Shown: positions 23,124-32,185 of the stretch, in pieces | How positions within the stretch are numbered: the stretch's first letter is position 1 | How the letters are laid out: every line of letters begins with the position of its first letter | NCBI GenBank assembly: GCA_900617105.1 | Contig: UYFQ01000749.1 | Location: forward strand, 1 to 39,821 | DNA length: 39,821 nt | Direction of reading: 5' to 3' | DNA from: Hydrurus foetidus | Taxonomy: Eukaryota | Translations under genes and position numbers: made by a program | The notes under the pieces: model-generated | Seen by the model: only the letters and a program-made list of their open reading frames with translations | Told to the model about the DNA's origin: nothing | The model's database searches: none

Positions 23124-24756
23124 TCATGCGACTCCGTTCAAGGAGAGCAGTCTGACATCGATTTTAAGCGCAGAGTTGGGAGGAATCCTATTAGCTGCAG
23201 GTTTCCCCATTTCTTTCTTCAGCTCCAGCCCTTCCTTCCCGAAGGCCAATTTTGCAGGCAGAGTAATGAGCCTTCTCTCTCCTACGCACATGCCTCTCAC
23301 AGATGCATCCCATCCACTGGGCAGTGCAGAGCCGCTGCTGTAGCTAGAAGGAGCGTTTGAGCTGGCAGGACCGAGAACAAAGTAGATGCTGTCATCAGAT
23401 GGCCTAGATCCTTTGAAAGAAGGGAGACAACGACGAGAGTCACATCAACTGAAATGAAGTGAAGCGAAATGAAGGCACCTTGACAACCCAAGAGCACACA
23501 ATACGAAAAAAACTAAATACAATGATGTGCAGTGTTAAGGAAAGTACTTTCTTAATGATCTGCTGACTCACCCTGGCTGGCTAGGACCTTCGCACCGTCA
23601 ATGAGCTGTCCCTGTCCCCCACTGGACTCGTCCCCTGCTATGCGGACCTGGTAGCTCACCTCCACCACGTCTCCTATCGCTGCAGAGCGCACACAAGCAC
23701 CCTTACCCTTCTGAAGAGAGTGAGAGGAGAAGAATGGCAGAAGATTAGTGATGGGCCAGACAGAAATGTGCTCAAGATTTGTGTTGTCATCGAGCAGTGA
23801 GCTGTGGAGAGGAATCAGATGAAGAGCGGAACAGGCTAGATAGGCATTAAGCTTTATTGCTGATCTCGCTATAGAAGATGTCGACAGAGGTATGTGCTTA
23901 GCCATATGATCGATGCATATATGTAGAAATGTACTGCAGCTATCTAGCCAGGTGATGGCACCTCTAGTCTCTCCACCCGAAGTGTTTGGGACGGGGATAT
24001 GGCAGTCTCCACAACAAGGTTAACGGCGCCTCCACTATCAGGTGAGCTGCTATTGAGTTTTTGAAAGAACATCTCTCTACTACGGAAGACCAGACTAAGT
24101 GGTCGAGGGGCTGCTTTGATAGATTCTATGACCTTTTTGAGGCAAATTGAAACGTTGCCCTTTTAAGTCCTGTGAATGTCAACAATGATGAGCAGCGGAC
24201 TTGCACCAAATACCTGTGATCGATCTTGACCCTCCACATTGACGTCATTCAACGCAACGAGAATCATGCCTGGCTTCACCATGTTAATCACACTTTCATC
24301 GGCATTTTCCTTGACGCTCTGCACGCAAACTCGAGTATTTTTCTTGTCTCCGTATTCAAGTTCTGTGAGACCGATACCAAGGTATGCCCCTCGGATTATC
24401 ACCTCAAATTCATCAGACATAAGCAGTATCGGTTTCACTGCAGCATCTGACGCACATGCTACTCCTCTTTGGAGAAGAACTAAGCTAACCGCCATGAAAG
24501 ATGCAACTGTGGCTTTAGTTTGATCTCGCGTGACTTGATCGACTGATACAGGCACCACCTCTGAAATCCTGGGGAGTCCTTGTTGGGAGAGGCTGGGTAT
24601 TTCACACTTGGCAGAACGTGCACACATCCGCATTGAGTGTTTTGGCTGCGAAAAAGCAGCTGTATCTGATGCAATCATGCTCAGAAGAATGTGAAAGATT
24701 GAATACAGCCAATTGAGCCGATGGAGATGCATGGCAGGCAATCGGTCAGACGCCAC
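23124..24756 (-). CDS. Plastid-targeted PDZ-like + FKBP-type peptidyl-prolyl isomerase; exons 24756(or 24732)-24214, 24132-23962, 23710-23572, 23410-23124
   Basis: The spliced translation gives a PDZ-like segment (YLGIGL..VKPGMILVALNDVNVEG..VIESIKAAPRPLSLVFR) and an FKBP domain (GDVVEVSY, FVLG, GWDASVRGMCVGERRLITLPAKLAFG, IPPNSALKIDVRLL). The N-terminal hydrophobic stretch ends in AAF. Introns are GT-AG and in phase. Confidence 0.88.
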
Positions 24757-24932
24757 CGGAAAGCTGAAAGTGCCGAGAGGAGGCGTCTACTTTCGAGATT
24801 TTATCGCGTTTTGCGTGAAGTTTTGGTGCATTATCGAGCTGAAGCTCAGAGCTCGATGCCTCGACTTTCTATCCGATCTCTCTCCGAACATTCTCAGTGT
24901 TGTTGAAGAAGACTTGGACTGGAACTTGGACT

Positions 24933-25232
24933 TGTTGATAGCGCACGTACAACATAGTTAACACGCACCGTACGCAGCGTACATACCAGGGCGCACGTAC
25001 AACACATGTACGCAGCGTACACACCAGGGCGCACGTACAACACATGTAACACACATTGTACGTAGCGTACATACACTACACATCGTACGCAACTATCATT
25101 TTCAAACACTGTCAATTGCAGCAACAGTTAGCCATGCGTATTGACTTCCATCCCGCATAATTTAATTCCAACACCTGTGAAACACGTACATTCGTTTCAC
25201 CTTTGGTGCGCAATTTAATCTGCGGATCAACA
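24933..25232 (+). repeat. 5' LTR of C
   Basis: TGTTGAT...ATCAACA; contains a 38-bp tandem duplication at 24970-25045. Confidence 0.97.
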
Positions 25233-25243
25233 GTTGGAATTAA
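25233..25243 (+). other. C primer-binding site, complementary to its own LTR motif 25162-25172
   Basis: GTTGGAATTAA is the reverse complement of TTAATTCCAAC (11/11). Confidence 0.85.
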
Positions 25244-25250
25244 CCTCATC

Positions 25251-26345
25251 ATGGCCACTTTTCCGGTGACTTTAATGGATCAACCTCGACAAAATTTTCG
25301 GTCATTTTATCGGGCAGCAGTCGCCTCCTATGGTGCTGCGTGCACCACAGTCCACCAGCACGGCCTGCTTGGATTTATCTTAAATGATGCACAATGGGAA
25401 CAACTTCCCGGAAATCTCGTTCCCAACGCCGATCCTGAACTACCAAACGAAGTCGTGCCTCGCCCTACCATCATTCTTCCCGTCACGCCGGCTGCCAACG
25501 CCACTGCCCTCACCATCAAAGTCTGGGAGAAGCGCCTCGCAGAAAATGTTCTAGTGACCGATAGCCTAAGATCTCTCAAAGCACAACTTATCGCCAGCGT
25601 CCAACCAGCTGATATCGTCATTCTACACGACCCATTTTTTGGTCTCCTCAATGTGCCGGCATTGACAATAATGATACACCTTACAGAACTCCACGGCACG
25701 TTGAACAGCACCGACTTCGCCCACCTTCGCTCTCAACTGTCACTCCCGATGACACCCAACGCATCTCTCCAGGATTTTATCGGGACACACCAGTTACTTC
25801 ACGATCAATTCTCAGAAGCTCAGCAACCCCTGTCCGAACTTGACAAGTGTCATCACTTTCGCGAAGCAGTTAAAACGCTTGCACACATCAATCATGCAAT
25901 CGACTCCTACTTAGTCGCTCATCCCCTAGTGGGGGGACAAAACTTCAGAGCGCTCACCGCACACACGCTCCAACAAGCACCCAACTTCACTCCAACAGCT
26001 GCAGCGATGGGTTACGCAGCGACCATCACCCAAAATCACAGCACAATTCTCGACGTTGACAACGTGTCCGCACTACTGCACACACCAGCATTCGCCGCTC
26101 TCATCACAGCCGCCGTAAAGGCGGCCACTCCGGTTAATCCTCGCGGCCAACGCACCCGCACCCCGGCTGCGAAACGTCCCCCGGCTGCTGCCCCCCAAAA
26201 AGACAGACTGTATTGTTTCCACCACGGGTATGACAGTCATCGCGGTTCCGACTGTAGACACATGTTCACGAATGACTTCGCCGCTGATCAACGCGCCACT
26301 ACAAATCACAATACTATATCCGGTGCGTCCACCGCTCGATTCTGA
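25251..26345 (+). CDS. Element C Gag
   Basis: ATG at 25251, just after the PBS. C-terminal variant knuckle YCFHHGYDSHRGSDC. Ends in TGA. Confidence 0.88.
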   Translation: MATFPVTLMDQPRQNFRSFYRAAVASYGAACTTVHQHGLLGFILNDAQWEQLPGNLVPNADPELPNEVVPRPTIILPVTPAANATALTIKVWEKRLAENVLVTDSLRSLKAQLIASVQPADIVILHDPFFGLLNVPALTIMIHLTELHGTLNSTDFAHLRSQLSLPMTPNASLQDFIGTHQLLHDQFSEAQQPLSELDKCHHFREAVKTLAHINHAIDSYLVAHPLVGGQNFRALTAHTLQQAPNFTPTAAAMGYAATITQNHSTILDVDNVSALLHTPAFAALITAAVKAATPVNPRGQRTRTPAAKRPPAAAPQKDRLYCFHHGYDSHRGSDCRHMFTNDFAADQRATTNHNTISGASTARF

Positions 26346-29300
26346 CGGTTAGGGGCGGCGCAAGAGCTTTTCTGTTATCTTCCTGCACGGTGTAACTTAA
26401 CTCAAACAACCTCTTCAGTCGTCCCCCCTTCCCTTTGTGCCGACACTGGATCCACGCACACGTTGCTCCGTGCATCAGATGCCCCATATATCAATAGCAT
26501 CGAAACAAGTCTTCATGTGCTCCTCCCCAACGGCGCTACTATCTCATCTATCGGTGCTTGCAACCTCGATTTTCCAAACCTCCCGCACACTGTGCCGTGT
26601 CACATCTTTCCAAATGACGTTCTCAATACTTCCCTATTATCCATATCGCAACTTTGTAAAATGGGATGTGTCGCTACTTTCTCGGCCTCCGATGCCTCAA
26701 TCACATTCAGCAACCGCCCCGTACTACGTGGCCTCAAATCGCCCGACGACAACCTATGGACTCTACCTTTTCTAGCCTTCAACACTGCACTCCTTCCCAC
26801 AGTACGTGCTGCGTACGCACTGTCATCAGATGCCTCGTTTGTAAAATTCACGCACGCTTCACTTGGTAGCCCCTCACTCACTACCTTGACGAAAGCTGTT
26901 CGTCGTGGCTATCTTCACTCGTACCCGCGACTCACATCACTCATGTTAAATGCTCATCCGCCAATTAGCATCGCCACAGCTCAGGGACATTTGGATCAAC
27001 ATCGCCAAGGTCAAAATTCAACTCAGATTCCTGTCACCATCTTTGACACAAACGACACCGATGAGGATCTCGTGCCAGCTGACGCTCCCACACAGCTCAC
27101 CGCTTACACACGAGTTGTCCTTCTGTCCGATACTTTACATTCCGACCTCACCGGTCGGTTTCCGGTAACATCACACAATGGTGCTCAATACATATTTGTG
27201 TCAGTCTTAGACGGTTACATCCATGTTGAAACAATGAGAACAAGGCATCATACAGAGTACGTTACAGCCTACAAAAAGACGCTAAACTTTTTCGCTCAGC
27301 GTGGCCGCCGGCCCGCCTTTCAACGCTTGGACAACGAGACATCCGGTCCTTTAGAAGCATTCGCAACTGCCAACAACATCAGCATACAGTATTGCCCGCC
27401 GCACACACACCGCTCACTCAAAGCCGAACGAGCAATTCGCACTTTCAAAAACCACTTCATAGCCACTCTGGGCACAGTAGCTTCAGAGTTCCCCATGACG
27501 CTTTGGGATGAACTGCTGCCGCAGGCCGAGCTTTGCCTGAATCATCTGCTGCCCTACAGTCCCAACCCCGCTGTATCAGCGTATGCTGGAATCCACGGCG
27601 GTGCGCTAGACTTCACTCGACATCCCATCGCTCCAGCCGGAACTCGTATCCTTATCCACGACAAACCCACTGTTCGATCCTCCTGGGCACCGCATGGAGT
27701 CCCAGGATACTACCTCGGCCCCGCGCTGCAGCACTATCGGTCCTACCGGGTTTGGTCATCCACTTCCAAAGCAACCCGCATCTCCGATACTTTAGCGTGG
27801 TTTCCTAGCGGGTTTACAGTCCCCGGACCAAGCCCACACGATAACCTTCTCGCCGCAGCTATAACGCTGAAGAAAACACTCACAGAATTTAATTCATTGC
27901 CTACACAATTTCGTACCAATTCGCAACCCGGAGTTTCCGTCATAGAATCCGTCATTACCGATTTGGCCGGGATCTTGGGTACAGACCCGGCCGGAACTGT
28001 GGGTACCGATCCGGATACCGTAAGTACACCCGCACCAGCGCTAGCTCTCCCTGCTCCAACGTATTACACCACACTCATAGCACCTTCAGTCGCTGCTATC
28101 CCTCTTCCTTTGCCGGACTCTCGCCAAGAACAGAGGGTGGTCCCCAATATAAGCACTACCGATCTACCTCCTTTATCCCCTCCGTTTGCAGAACACGAAG
28201 TGCCTCAACCTCTTGTGTCCCCATCAGTCCAGATACCAGCCGGTCCACACCAACATCTGAACACTTCCACCCAATATGACTCTCCCAACATTCGCATCAC
28301 AAGCCATCATCCACGACGACCATCGGTACCGCTCCCACCTCAGATCTACAGAAATTCTACCCACCCACCTCAGTTCGCAGCTGCCCTTACCACGCTTAAT
28401 CTTGACGACCACGGCCAACCGTTACGTTACTCAACCGCCAAAGCGGGGTCCAATGCACTACTGTGGCAACAAGCCGAATCCGAAGAGCTCGACAGACTTC
28501 TTGCAACTGAAACGATTCGGCCCATTTTCCTGGCTCAGCAACCTATTGATCGCAGACGGGATACAACTTATTACAACCCTCAGACAAAAGAAAAGCAAAA
28601 TGCTTCAGGTGAAAGAACATACCGCATCCGTGGCACCATCGGTGGCGATCGTATCCATTATCCCGGCCCGACAACTGCTCGAACCGCTGCAATGCCCCTG
28701 GTAAAAATCCTTCTTCAATCAGTCATATCCGACGGAAGCAAATGGCTCACCATTGATATCAAAGATTATTACCTAAACACGCCACTTCCTCGCCCTGAGT
28801 ACCTGCGCATCGCGTCAAAATTTCTCCCGTCTACAGTAATTCATCAACACGACCTTCAGCAATTTTTTCATAATAATGCTATCCTCTTCCAAGTCAACAA
28901 AGGTATGTATGGGCTCCCCCAGGCAGGACTCCTCGCACAACAAAGACTCATCACTCACCTGGCATCCGAAGGCTATCATCAAACCGATACTATTTGTCTC
29001 TTTCGCCATGTGACTAATGGAACGGTGTTTTCGCTTGTCGTCGATGACTTTGGAGTCAAATACACAAATATGGACGGCGTCAACCACTTAATTCAAACGC
29101 TCCAAGCCTTATACACCATCACCGTTGACTGGACAGGTTCCAAGTATCTCGGTTTCTCGATTGACTTTGATCAACGTCATCGTACTGTTACGCTCAGCAT
29201 GCCAGGTTATATTGCTAAAGTGCTTCAGCGCTTCGCGCCATTACTCAAAATTGGAGCCAATTCTCCAGCTGTATACATCCCACCCAAGTATGGCGTCGGA

Positions 29301-30173
29301 CAACAGACACCACACATCGACACCAGTACACGTCTATCACCCGCAGAAACTACTACATTACAAGAGATTGTTGGCTCCCTTCTCTATTACGCCAGAGGTG
29401 TAGATGTAACCATATTGCCGGCGGTAACACACCTGTCGTCCCTACAAGCGCAACCTACACAAGACGTTCTCCAGGCCGCGCAACGCCTCTTAGCTTACTG
29501 CTCACGCTATCCCAACAATGGTCTCCGATACTATGCATGCGATATGATCTTACATATTCAGTCGGACGCTTCCTATCTCTCTCGTCCCGGAGCTCGTTCT
29601 GTAGCTGGAGCTCTCTTTTACCTGGGAAATATTGGTCAACCCACACACATCAATGGTTCTGTACACGCACTCAGTTCTATCATACCTGCTGTCGTGGCCT
29701 CTGTCGCTGAAGCTGAATATGCAGCTCTCTTTCACGCTGGCCAAGAGGGAATTTGGCTCCGGCATATTCTCCAATCGCTCGGATATCCTCAACCGTCAAC
29801 AACCATTCTGTGCGATAACAAATGCGCTGAGGGAATCGCATTAGACACCATAAAGCCAAAACGCACCAAAAGCATCGACATGCGTTTCCACTGGATTCGT
29901 GATAGAATTCGTCAAGGACAATACACAGTCACATGGCGCAAAGGAGCCGACAATCTTGCTGATTTTTTCACAAAACCTCTGCCTGTTCACTTACATCAAA
30001 AGCTTATGCCGCTGCTCGTTCACATTCCTCCTGCCCAGTACGCCACAAACACCACAAGCTCAGCATCTCGTGCACTCACTCATCGAAACAAAAAGGCTTC
30101 AACCACCGAAACTCCCCCTAATTATACTGATTTGAAGGACGAGTTGGTGGGATTCACCTACAGTGCTTCGTAG
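26346..30173 (+). CDS. Element C Pol (PR-IN-RT-RH), in frame with gag behind a single TGA
   Basis: The frame is open from 26346, with protease ADTGSTH (DTG at 26442-26450), integrase (SDLTGRF, RLDNE, KAERAIRTFK), RT (DIKDYYL, KGMYGLPQAG, VVDDF) and RNase H (SDASY, AEAEY, CDN, KSIDMRF, NLADFFTK). Confidence 0.93.
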   Translation, partial: RLGAAQELFCYLPARCNLTQTTSSVVPPSLCADTGSTHTLLRASDAPYINSIETSLHVLLPNGATISSIGACNLDFPNLPHTVPCHIFPNDVLNTSLLSISQLCKMGCVATFSASDASITFSNRPVLRGLKSPDDNLWTLPFLAFNTALLPTVRAAYALSSDASFVKFTHASLGSPSLTTLTKAVRRGYLHSYPRLTSLMLNAHPPISIATAQGHLDQHRQGQNSTQIPVTIFDTNDTDEDLVPADAPTQLTAYTRVVLLSDTLHSDLTGRFPVTSHNGAQYIFVSVLDGYIHVETMRTRHHTEYVTAYKKTLNFFAQRGRRPAFQRLDNETSGPLEAFATANNISIQYCPPHTHRSLKAERAIRTFKNHFIATLGTVASEFPMTLWDELLPQAELCLNHLLPYSPNPAVSAYAGIHGGALDFTRHPIAPAGTRILIHDKPTVRSSWAPHGVPGYYLGPALQHYRSYRVWSSTSKATRISDTLAWFPSGFTVPGPSPHDNLLAAAITLKKTLTEFNSLPTQFRTNSQPGVSVIESVITDLAGILGTDPAGTVGTDPDTVSTPAPALALPAPTYYTTLIAPSVAAIPLPLPDSRQEQRVVPNISTTDLPPLSPPFAEHEVPQPLVSPSVQIPAGPHQHLNTSTQYDSPNIRITSHHPRRPSVPLPPQIYRNSTHPPQFAAALTTLNLDDHGQPLRYSTAKAGSNALLWQQAESEELDRLLATETIRPIFLAQQPIDRRRDTTYYNPQTKEKQNASGERTYRIRGTIGGDRIHYPGPTTARTAAMPLVKILLQSVISDGSKWLTIDIKDYYLNTPLPRPEYLRIASKFLPSTVIHQHDLQQFFHNNAILFQVNKGMYGLPQAGLLAQQRLITHLASEGYHQTDTICLFRHVTNGTVFSLVVDDFGVKYTNMDGVNHLIQTLQALYTITVDWTGSKYLGFSIDFDQRHRTVTLSMPGYIAKVLQRFAPLLKIGANSPAVYIPPKYGVGQQTPHIDTSTRLSPAETTTLQEIVGSLLYYARGVDVTILPAVTHLSSLQAQPTQDVLQAAQRLLAYCSRYPNNGLRYYACDMILHIQSDASYLSRPGARSVAGALFYLGNIGQPTHINGSVHALSSIIPAVVASVAEAEYAALFHAGQEGIWLRHILQSLGYPQPSTTILCDNKCAEGIALDTIKPKRTKSIDMRFHWIRDRIRQGQYTVTWRKGADNLADFFTKPLPVHLHQKLMPLLVHIPPAQYATNTTSSASRALTHRNKKASTTETPPNYTDLKDELVGFTYSAS

Positions 30174-30336
30174 GCCGACACCCATACCACCGCCGGCGAG
30201 CACCCTTTCGGGGATCGAACCGACGGCCATTCGATTATGATTGATCATCACTGACCAATCACGTCACAACTCTGTCTTTTTGTCCTGAAAATACGAATAC
30301 ATATCTGTTCAAGCATGCACCATGTTTGAGAGGGTG

Positions 30337-30636
30337 TGTTGATAGCGCACGTACAACATAGTTAACACGCACCGTACGCAGCGTACATACCAGGGCGCAC
30401 GTACAACACATGTACGCAGCGTACACACCAGGGCGCACGTACAACACATGTAACACACATTGTACGTAGCGTACATACACTACACATCGTACGCAACTAT
30501 CATTTTCAAACACTGTCAATTGCAGCAACAGTTAGCCATGCGTATTGACTTCCATCCCGCATAATTTAATTCCAACACCTGTGAAACACGTACATTCGTT
30601 TCACCTTCGGTGCGCAATTTAATCTGCGGATCAACA
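30337..30636 (+). repeat. 3' LTR of C
   Basis: Direct repeat of 24933-25232; differs at 30608 (C) vs 25204 (T). Confidence 0.97.
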
Positions 30637-30655
30637 GGACTACTTGTTCCTGTAT

Positions 30656-31047
30656 TGTCGGATATTGCAGATAGCACTATCTGTCGGAATAACTGTGTGA
30701 TAAGTAACCGTATAAGTTATTACGTATGTACATTTAATGACGTTTCGTACGTCGTGTGCCACGTGGAGGTCGCTACTCCACCGGTCCAAGTTCTTTTTCC
30801 ACATCCAGGAACATTAAAAATGAAAGTACACCATGTTTGACTGTGCGGGACAGATCGAATTTCTCGACTGTCTCCATGAACTATGTAAGCTACGTTGCAT
30901 TGTTAATTACTTTAAACTCCAAACCAAACCCACTTTCGCCTTGAGCCCGGGAAAGTGACCAGAAGACAGGTTGAAGTTGCAGAAGGAGAGCGGACCCAGG
31001 AAGGATTTAGTTGCCCATTCAGTGGAACTAAAGCGTGGACTCCGACA
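30656..31047 (+). repeat. 5' LTR of D (392 bp, partner LTR not in window)
   Basis: TGTCGGA...TCCGACA terminal inverted repeat, directly upstream of the PBS-like motif and the gag ATG. Confidence 0.75.
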
Positions 31048-31058
31048 TAATTAACAAT
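31048..31058 (+). other. D primer-binding site, complementary to its own LTR motif 30899-30909
   Basis: TAATTAACAAT is the reverse complement of ATTGTTAATTA (11/11). Confidence 0.8.
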
Positions 31059-31072
31059 TGCACTTTCATCCT

Positions 31073-32185
31073 ATGAAAGGAAAAGCTGCAGACAAGAAAC
31101 CTTCTGGCAAGGGCGGCCCTGCCAACGGCGGCAGAGGCAATGCCGGCCGTGGAGGCTTCAAGCCTCCACCCCGAACAGGAACGGTAGCGGCCATAGGCGC
31201 GTTCCTGGATTTGGGGAAGGAAATGAACCATGGTAGCGTAAGCGCATGGATGAGAAAATTTAGAGAGTATACGCGGACCAACTATAAATCAGACATTTGT
31301 GACATATTTGGAAACGAAGGCATACCGGGAGAATATCCCGTCCTAGTGGCTCCTGCCGATATAGCGGAGGACGCGAACTTCATGCAAATTGCAAGATGGA
31401 AGAAAACACTGGACCTCTACGACAAGAAAATGATCGAACTAGAGACCGACAAGAAGCAGGTTTTCGGCCTGATGCTAGGTCAGATAAGCGAGACGTCTAA
31501 GGCGACTATCCGCGAAACTGAACCGGGCCTGGCCGCGATCACAGCGGAGAACCCGCTATTATTCATGAGAGCCACCATCCTCACCCACCTGTCCGACCCG
31601 AAGCTGGGAGCAGACGAGAACTTACTACGGGTAAGGATGGCCTATGAGACCGTAGGAATGGAGCCCAACGATGTCCTCAAGTACTACTACCAGCGCTTCA
31701 AAGCCCTGAAGACTGGATACGATGATACCAAACGGGTCCTAGGGATCGAGCCGGTGTATACACCGGCCATGACCATACACGAGAACCTTCTCACGGGAAT
31801 GACGTTCATGAAGGGACTCAACTCGGGGTACAAACAGTTAGTAGAATACTACGAGCGTGGGATTAAGGACTGGCCAGATTCGCTAGATGAAGCGTACTTA
31901 GAGATGGCGAAGGTGACTCCCAGAAAACCGGCCGGATCGGGCCCACCTAACCAATCTAATATCTTTGCAGTGAAAACAGCTGGAGGAGAAAAATCAGTAG
32001 GTAGAGAGAAAGGAAAGTCAACTGGGGATGCGGGAAAAGGGAAGGGTGCACGTCCGGGATACGGCACCCGACCCGGGATTTGTAATTCATGTAAGGAACC
32101 AGGACACTATGCATATGAGTGCACTGCCCAGGAGAGCCAATCGGCTGCATCAGCAGCCAGTGGACACTCGAAATCGGTAAACTAA
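31073..32185 (+). CDS. Element D Gag
   Basis: ATG at 31073, an RGG-rich N-terminus, and the knuckle CNSCKEPGHYAYEC. Confidence 0.88.
   Translation: MKGKAADKKPSGKGGPANGGRGNAGRGGFKPPPRTGTVAAIGAFLDLGKEMNHGSVSAWMRKFREYTRTNYKSDICDIFGNEGIPGEYPVLVAPADIAEDANFMQIARWKKTLDLYDKKMIELETDKKQVFGLMLGQISETSKATIRETEPGLAAITAENPLLFMRATILTHLSDPKLGADENLLRVRMAYETVGMEPNDVLKYYYQRFKALKTGYDDTKRVLGIEPVYTPAMTIHENLLTGMTFMKGLNSGYKQLVEYYERGIKDWPDSLDEAYLEMAKVTPRKPAGSGPPNQSNIFAVKTAGGEKSVGREKGKSTGDAGKGKGARPGYGTRPGICNSCKEPGHYAYECTAQESQSAASAASGHSKSVN

Larger units (their letters stand above)
24933..30636 (+). mobile_element. Copia element C, full length and apparently intact
   Basis: 300-bp LTRs at 24933-25232 and 30337-30636 with one visible mismatch. 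TSD GGACT (24928-24932, 30637-30641). PPT GAGAGGGTG at 30328-30336. gag and pol are uninterrupted. Confidence 0.97.

Noticed and set aside
24970..25090. CRISPR-like repeat array
   Set aside because: Head-to-tail tandem units with no unique spacers, inside a eukaryotic LTR, and no cas genes.
26343..26345. Selenocysteine UGA
   Set aside because: The position is the gag-pol junction rather than a redox motif, and I could not recognise a SECIS. Readthrough is simpler.
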